The notes under the pieces are model-generated. The model made no database searches. It was not told where the DNA came from and was given only the letters and a program-made list of their open reading frames with translations. Of a DNA stretch of 64,000 bases, positions 55,872 to 64,000 are shown piece by piece. Position 1 is the first letter of the stretch; each line of letters opens with the position of its first letter. The DNA lies in NCBI GenBank assembly GCA_000934665.2, contig JYFJ02000087.1:62001-126000 (forward strand). The letters run 5' to 3'. The position numbers were made by a program, and so were the translations under genes. The stretch is from Catajapyx aquilonaris. Lineage: Eukaryota.

Positions 55872-58800
55872 ATGCCGTCGGAAAAAGAGCACCCGGCAGC
55901 ATCGGGTCCGGACCATCAAAATGGAGCCACATCTGACAAACCCGGGCAAGAGCAAGGCCAGCACCAGCAGGGACAGCAACAGCCGGCGCCTTCTGCAATA
56001 CCACCGACTTCAACTTTCTCCCTATGGAACTGCGTGGGTCAAGACACGACGAGCAAACTCTACGAGCAGAAACCGCATCACCCTCTGGTCCGTAACCAGA
56101 GTTCCAGAGTCGTGCTCCTGGATCAGAATGGGCCCAAGTCGCCAGAGAGTGTCACGACCGAGGAGTTTCGCCTCCCTCAGCCCTACAGGTTGGGACCTCC
56201 AACTTCTTATGGCCGTCCAGACTTTATTGAAAAAAATGGGGCATGACCCCTCGAGGCTGATGATATAAATCGACGCGTCAAAGCCCCCCCTTCGAATCCT
56301 AAAAGCCGGGTTTTACGACCAAACAAAGTTTCCACTCCTGTTAGCCATTCTATCCACAACTTTTACAAATATATAGCACTAATCGCTGCCAGTGCGGGTG
56401 TAATGAAGTAATTTAAAGTGACATGTTACAGCCAGACACTTGAGAACGAACAATTGAATCATCTTTCCACTAACTGCCTGGAGACTGGTATAGGAGGTTC
56501 TTAGGGAGGACAGTTTATATGCTGATGTCAAATAATGTGATCCTAATAAGACCATGAAATTCGCAAGGAGCTTATTTGCAATGTAAATGGGGCGAGAAGA
56601 CAGGCTAGCTAGTTGAAAATTTCGTTGGATTTCGCCGGTGCATAATGGTAGGGACCTTGAACGTGACAGTGTCGCACACCGGGGAAATTCGGGGGATTCC
56701 CTCTAGTGGCTCCCACCAGCTTTATAATCCGCGGCACATGTCGCAGGGCCAAGTCCCAATTCGAGCAAAATATACATTCTATAGTTTTTAATAACATAAA
56801 TTAACACCCGCGGGGCAAACTCCCAGAATTCAGAAGCGAAAGTTTTAATCGCAGATGTGGCGTTTCCCACCGTGGATTTAACGAGACAAAACTTGGTCCT
56901 TCATCGCCTATTAGGTCATTAGCCATGTATTAGCCGGTAATTTGTAGTTTCCTCCCCAAAAAAAGAGTGGCATCCTTTGGGAGCACGAAAGGACCCAAAT
57001 GTAACGGCCATTCATCACGCAAGACTCCAGTAAATAGTTTGAAAAGTGGTGCCTAATTTTAACACGCCTTTGATTTACGGGAAACCGCCAGCAGGCGCAC
57101 TAACTCCATAATAGGGTCGGGCAGCAGTGAAGTATTCAAGGTTGCAAACAACCAAAAGGAAACGTAACTAGTTACACAAGTTACTCTGCTTGGTGGGTAA
57201 AGTTTATGTTTCACTTCCAGCTGCTGACGACGGATTTGCCCCCCACATATTGTTTTAGACGATATAAACTAACTAACTTGTTTTGCCACTGTTTGCAGGA
57301 GACCTGTACACTCATCCTGTAGGAGCATATGCATCAAAGTTGCCTGCCTCGTCTGCCTGGCCATTATAATATTCGGATCAACGCTATTATCCCTCGTCGC
57401 TTTCGGTAAGTCAGTAATTAGTACCTGCTATATTGTAACAATCATATATTCCTACGTCTATACGGTAAAATACCAGGAAACCTTTTTATAGCATGGGTAT
57501 AAAACTGCACATCACTCGGAGCTCTACTCATGAATCCCCGCGAATCTGATATGCTTTGCTTGCCAATTAATATTTTAGGCTCCATGCCGTAGAAGGATCC
57601 TTCTGTTGGCTGACAAACAAAATTAGCAATTTAGACCGTGCCTACGGCTTCCGAAATTTCCAGCCATAAATGTTTACACGTGCTAAAAAAGAAGGAGCAT
57701 TCAACGAGGCATGCATATCTGTGACGTATACTGGACCGGAATTAATATCCGAGCCATAAGAGTGGGATGGGTTTTGGGAGGTGCTTAGTATACACATGCA
57801 ATATCGGTGGGCAGCGAACTGTGTGTTCCAGCATTTCCAGGGTTGAAAAGGTGGTGGTGGCATTAAGAAGGCACTTTCATGAAAGTCATATTGCGAACCG
57901 TGACATCCCTGGGAATGGGGTAGGAAATGAACTTGCTAATGCCCTGGAAATGGAAAGTTTAATCCCCCGAAAAAGCCTGATGCAAGCAACCCCCTCCATC
58001 AGCAATGGCCGTCAGCGATTGATTTTACAAGTCCTGTCAGCTTTTGGTCTGTGGCTATAGAAAATACTTGGGGGCTCTATTTTTTTTCCTTTCCCATCTC
58101 TCTCACCAGATTGCGTGTTTCCCACACCAGATGTTTTGGTACAGCAGCAACGTAAGGGAAAAACCAAAGTGTGCAAGAGCCCTTCATGTATGAGCGCTGC
58201 ATCCAGACTCCTAGACCGCCTAGATCCCACTGCAGATCCTTGTACCGATTTTTACCGCTTCGCTTGTGGAAACTACCTGGACACTAATGAGATTCCAGAT
58301 GATAGTTTCCATCGATCCACCCTGCAAGAGATGCAGGAGAAGGTGCTGGTTGCCATCAAAAGTGAGAGCACACCAATGCCCTCCCGCAGGTTTTATGGCG
58401 CTCAGAAAAAAAAAGAACCTATTTCCTCTCGTTTCAGAACTCATAGAAGAGCCGTCCACCGAAGAGGAAAATGTTGCCGTCAAAAAGGCCAGGAAGCTCT
58501 ATGTGTCCTGCATGGACCAGAGTAAGTCACAATTGTATATACATGCAAAGGCTGCTTCTCATTACCAGAGTCGCTGCAGGGCTTGAAAAAGTAGTCTGTT
58601 TGGACTCATTCGGTGCACATTGGTGCCTTTTCAGATGAAATTTTAAACCACGGAGGCGGGCCTTCCTCCTTGGCGGAATTAGATTGTTTCTGCCGCATTC
58701 GAAGCGTGAATCTTTTATATAAGGATGGATAGAGTCTAGCTCGGTTCCCAAACGAAAAGGAACTTATAAAGGTACTTAGGAATAAGTCCCACGTCCTTTT

Positions 58801-61800
58801 TTTTATATTCCTATAGGTTTCCGGACGTCCCATTACCAAGATTACCAGCAGCTGCCCATCTTTTCCGTGCTAACCAAGGAAGGGATAGGCCACTGGCCCA
58901 TCCTGGGCCTGATTGAGGAATGGGACCAATCCGAATTCAGATTGGAAAGACTGCTGGCCCAACTGGCCATTTATCAAGTTCACAACCTGTTTGATATCTA
59001 CGTGACTCCTGACGAGCGGAACAACTCCAAGTACATGCTTCAGGTGAGTGGCAGTCATAACTCCACATTATGTATGCATAAACGCAGCACAAAAGGCAAG
59101 CAATTCTCTTTGTTCCAGTTCTACAAAGGCGAGCCTGCAATGGCAAAGGCTTACTATCTCAACGACAGCAATCCGGATTACGTACGGTATTTACGCTCGT
59201 ACAGGCGTTTGCTGTTGGAATCGGTCCTGCTTTTGACCCAAGGAAACAACCCTCACGCCGTCCAAGATGTCGACGATATACTTCAGTTCGAGACGCTGTT
59301 TGCCAACGTGAGTCACTTACCAAGCTTACTAGAAGCATGGGGTATAAACATCGCCATCGAAACTTAATCCTTTATTGCGACACCTCTGATAAAATTGATT
59401 TCAAGGGCATCCAGTTAGGTGGAAGAAACAGGATTATCGAGTGGGTTGTAATTCCATTTAAAGTTCCCATGGAGAGTGGCAAAATGAGAAGAGGCGTGGA
59501 GGAAACCACAACCTTGTCAAGTCTGGGAGAAAATCCGTTTTCATCAAAGTACGCCAAACGAAAATTTAATTACGTGGACGTGGGCATAAAGTGGTCGCTT
59601 CAACGGCATGGGTGCCTCTTCAGTTGGGTTTTAATTTTAAGCTCTTTTTTGTGCTCCTTCAGTAGTTTTTACAAGTCCGGTCAGTAAAGCCTGAAGTATA
59701 AGATTAAATAAACCAGCATTAACATTGACGTCGAGTACTTAGCTGGTAATATTTTAAGACGCTGGAAAATGAGTAATGCCGCAAAAAAACTTCATCCTGG
59801 AAGTTACGGCTCCCGTAGACGCGGGTTGCCCTGAATACTCAGGATGAAGTTTCTTCTCAATATATTTCAACAATAAATTAAAATTCTAATCGCCAAAGGC
59901 AGCCACTGCCATAAAATTGCAGCCCTTTAAAGTTTCAGCATATTACAAGCATGGTTACGCAGATGGGACCTAAAGCAGCCCGAGTTATCAGTATTTCTCG
60001 CAGCTGCTCTAACTGCCATTATCTGTTGGAAATAAGCCCGTGATCCTCCCCATTTTATCAATTTCCCTCTCTGGCTATATTGTTGCACTCTTTCAAAGGC
60101 TTAGCCTTCCCATTAAAACCTCTCCCAACATTTAGCCGCCCACTAAATGTTCTCCCAGGGCGATTTTACTCCAGCCTGCCCATCCGTAAATAACTTAATC
60201 TGGAAACTCCACTCAGCTCTTTACTTTTCTCGCCTAATCCGCTAAGCAACAAGCCGTGTGCACTGGTTGGTTTACGCATATGTTCCTTTATACCAGCTGA
60301 CAGAAAACGCCAAGTGCTACTCCCCGATAATAAATGGAACCGACGACGATGACGACAATGGCCGTATGATGGTTCAAGACATACAGAATTACCTTCCAGA
60401 TGTGAGTAAATACGCGTTCAAATTTATTGAGCCAGTTCACATGGCACAAAGTAAAAGCGCGTCATTCTGAAGCGATTTATCGTTTAATCTACGCGCTTTG
60501 TAAACTGTTCTATTGACCAATAACGTTCCTTTCCAGCTGGACTGGGTTTTTCTACTCAACTACGCTTTCGATAGCTTCTCCATCGACATGGACGTTCCAG
60601 AAATGATTATCACGCTTCACTGCAAAGAGTTCTTTCCCGAATTACTGGCTCTTGTCGACAGAACTCCACCAAGGTTGTACAATCATCCCGTTAGTCCAGG
60701 AAAAAGAGCAACAATAATCTGAACGTCCACTTTTTCCTTCCAGAACGATTACGAATTACCTCATTTGGCGCTTTGTGTTCAGATACATGCCATTTCTGGG
60801 CAATAAGTTCCTACTCAACTGGATAGAATTTATGAAGGATGTCCCCGACACAAACGAAGAAAAATTGTACTTATCAAGGTGAATGTCGCTCTTGATCCGA
60901 TCCCCCCAATTTCGTGGAGGTTGGGCTTTTGGGTGGAACTGAGTGTGCTTTATTTCCTAATGTGGGATTAGCCCAGTTTTAAAATCGTGAATGGAGTAGG
61001 TCCAAAGTGGCTGGGTTTAACCAATTCAAGCATTAGTTATAAGGCACTTAATCGATTCCAAATTTTTTTTTTGTCGAAGGTCAAACTATAATCAGGGTTT
61101 AAAATCAGGCGTTCGTCACACGTTATTATTACTACAAAAATATTCCATGGGCCTTGCTACTTTCTTAACATTTTCTAACTCAGATGGAAGCAGTGCGCCA
61201 GCATTGTCAACGACGGTCTTGGAATGGCCGTTGCTCACCTGTACGTACAAAAATTCCACGACAATGAAACAGAGGCAAAGGTACAGTAGTACGTCACAGT
61301 TATGTTTGCAGCACTAGCACATGCAAATTGGGTGGATATTCCAATATTCAGTTAATTACAGGGGTTATTGTGATCGTTATTTCAGATTTTAGAAATGATT
61401 CAATATCTTAAGAATGCCTTCCGGGAAATTATCAAAAACGAAGACTGGGTTGATGACGACATGAAAAAAGAAATTGCTGAAAAGGTAAGTTTCTTCTCAA
61501 ATTAACTTCTACCAATCATAACACATCACAAATTAATATGCCAGAATTTCTTGCTGGCATGTCGCTTTTGATATTACGAGATTCCAAAGTTCCCGTAAAG
61601 AGCATCGCCCCCATTAGATGGGAAGCAAACAGAAAACCGGTTTTGGTCAACATCCCGGGGAACGTAGGCCCAAGTTTTACTGTTATTGTGCATGTGGGCC
61701 CGCGTCTCCTGATGCATTAGCATGCAAATACGAAGCCATATAGAGTAATTGCATTATCCGCTTTGGAAGCAAAAAAACAAAATGCCCTCGTTGTTTCAGT

Positions 61801-63177
61801 TGGACTCGATGGGATACAAGATTGGCTATCCTCAGTACATATTAGATCCGGCTGCTCTTGAACAGGAATACGAAGGAGTGAGTCGGCTTCTTAGTTGTAA
61901 TGCGAACTGCAGGTAATCTGAAACTTACATTGTTATCGTTGCAGCTGGAAATTTCTGACGGCAATTTCCTTCAAAACATTTTGAAGCTTCGAAAGCACGA
62001 GGTGTGGAAGGAATTAAGTAAACTCACACGATCGGTAGACAAGGCCAAGTGCGTTTCAATATTTCAAAATAATAACAGCCATTCGTGTCCTTATGTGACA
62101 CCTTGCAAGATTTGACTACAGATGCGCGTGTTTCTTTCCAGGGATTGGTTGATTCAGCCATTGGTAGTGAATGCCTTTCACAATCCAACAACTAATGAAA
62201 TAAGTAGGTACACTTCCCTAAGCATCCCATACGTCTATCTCAACATTGTAATATTTTCACTTTTTTTTTTTGCAGTTATTCCACTAGGAATACTTCGGAA
62301 ACCTATTTACAATGTGAACTACCCAATGTAAGTAGTACATGCAAATGAGACCAGCAGAAATTACCCTATACTTTCCAATATTATAGGTACTTAAATTTCG
62401 CAAACTTAGGAGTTGTAATAGGTCATGAAATAACTCATGGGTATGATAATCATGGTAAGTACATATTTAGTTATCAAATTTCTGAAGTTGTAAAAAATTA
62501 ATTGACTTATTTATCTTACAGCACTGGTGGCAAGAAGGTATGATCGAAACGGAAATATGACTCAAAGATGGTCTGATGACATGATGGTTGCATTTCGAGA
62601 AAAAGCAGTTTGTTATGTAGACCAATATGCTGAATTTAATATGCCTATGGTTGGTAAAAAGGTGAGCCTTACAATTCATTTTCAAATATTTTACTCGGAC
62701 AGTTCCATCCTATAAATCTATCACATCATGTCCTTTGCAGGTGGATGGGAATAACACACTTTCTGACAACATATGTGACAATGCTGGTTTACGTCACAGT
62801 TGGGTGGCCTATAAAAACTGGGAAAGAGATCATGGTCCTGAACCTGTGCTTCCTGGACTGAACTTTACTGTGGATGAAATATTCTTCGTTACTTATGGCC
62901 AGGTAGAATCTGACATTCATTTCCTATTCATAACTAACTTGAGTGGTTGAGTTACTGTTGTTGTTAATAACCCGCAATTACATACCGAGTAATTTTTCAG
63001 ATTTGGTGTGAAGTTTTAAACAAGGAAGGATACGAGCAGTATTCAAGAGATATGCACAGCCCAGGAAGATACCGCACATTGGGTGTCCTGCAGAACAATC
63101 TGGAATTTTCTGACACATTTCATTGTGAATCCGGAAGTGTCATGAACCCAGACAAAAAATGCCACCTCTGGACGTGA
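55872..63177 (+). CDS. M13 family neprilysin/endothelin-converting-enzyme-like type II membrane metallopeptidase; join(55872..56188,57299..57405,58110..58361,58438..58521,58817..59043,59119..59307,60297..60401,60537..60673,60744..60878,61184..61280,61386..61484,61800..61877,61945..62048,62142..62203,62276..62327,62387..62454,62522..62661,62741..62902,63001..63177), 863 aa
   Basis: Motifs in order: N-terminal tail; TM exon (IKVACLVCLAIIIFGSTLLSLVAF); CKSPSC...DPCTDFYRFACG; LYVSCMD; NYLIWR; RWKQC; IGYP; VNAFH; VIGHEITHGYD (HExxH at 62424-62438); TLSDNICDNAGL; HSPGRYR; MNPDKKCHLW. All 18 introns are GT-AG and phase-consistent (2592 nt). The first coding exon is less certain than the rest. Confidence 0.93.
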
Positions 63178-64000
63178 GGCAACTAAATTCAACATTGGTC
63201 CAGACCTGACATCACTCGAGGCAATTTCGCTTCTGTGGACAGACTTATCACTTCATCCACAAAGGTTAAGAAAGAAGTCGCACCTCTCTATATCCAGATA
63301 CAATCACACACAGTTGCATAGGGTTGCATTACCACGCACAATAATATTGTTCTAAAGGTCACCTTCCGGTAGGTAAGCAGTTCACTTACTGGCAACTACA
63401 GCTGTTGCCTCTTATTACCGGTACCTTTATTTGATGGTTGTTAACAAGCACAAAATGTGCCCAGGTATCATTTTGTGCCTTGAAGATGTCATGCACGAAC
63501 TTTTATGTCACATGCAGTTTACTGCAGAAATATACCACATGGAATCAAGGTCATTTGAGACCTGTGCTCCAGTCAAAAAATTGAACAATACTTACAACTA
63601 GGAATCACACCAGGATGAATCTCTTACATAATAGAAACGCACAAATTCAAATTCATCTATACTTGAGTCATTCATCTTTTTCAGGTAGTCATTTACTTAA
63701 CTCCTTTCCTGTACGAAGGAGATGTGAATCATTCTCGATTGACTGTTGCATTCAAGTTAAGGTTGCAACACTCTATACTGAAGTGAATAAAATACTGTAC
63801 GAGTATATATCGGTACAGTCACTCCAAAGCTGGAAGTCGTGACTCGAACTATGTCACATTCTTGGCACTTGCACACATGCAGGGACCCGCCAAAGTGCCA
63901 GCACATCAACCAAGCTCCACTAAATGGGATCATCCTGTTTTAACTAAAATAGTGACTCAATTATCCCAATTGTCCTTTAATTAGAATAAATCATGTCATC

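Noticed and set aside
55684..56268. 194-aa + strand ORF overlapping the peptidase first exon
   Set aside because: It is an alternative frame. Only the 55872 frame splices in phase to the TM exon and the M13 domain.

Overview
Eukaryotic genomic DNA with GT-AG introns, many 55-100 nt long. It is most likely an arthropod, possibly a crustacean; this is inferred from the muscle-type actin residues and the fused TPS-TPP gene. Three complete spliced + strand genes can be rebuilt by hand with consistent exon phases: a muscle-type actin (4 coding exons, 376 aa, 26869-30369), a bifunctional trehalose-6-phosphate synthase/phosphatase (7 exons, 847 aa, 44115-48592), and a type II membrane M13 neprilysin/ECE-like metallopeptidase (19 exons, 863 aa, 55872-63177). 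The first ~26 kb has no recognisable protein; it holds actin upstream regulatory DNA and possibly 5' exons of a minus-strand gene running off the left edge. Several small inverted-repeat elements (MITE-like) and microsatellites lie between genes. I found no convincing novel multi-gene system. The most noteworthy points are: active-site deviations in the neprilysin (third Zn ligand Glu->Asp), a dense ERR/GATA/ChoRE-like motif cluster at the TPS promoter, and a window-wide excess of TAC(A/T)GTA, the Tc1/mariner excision-footprint sequence.
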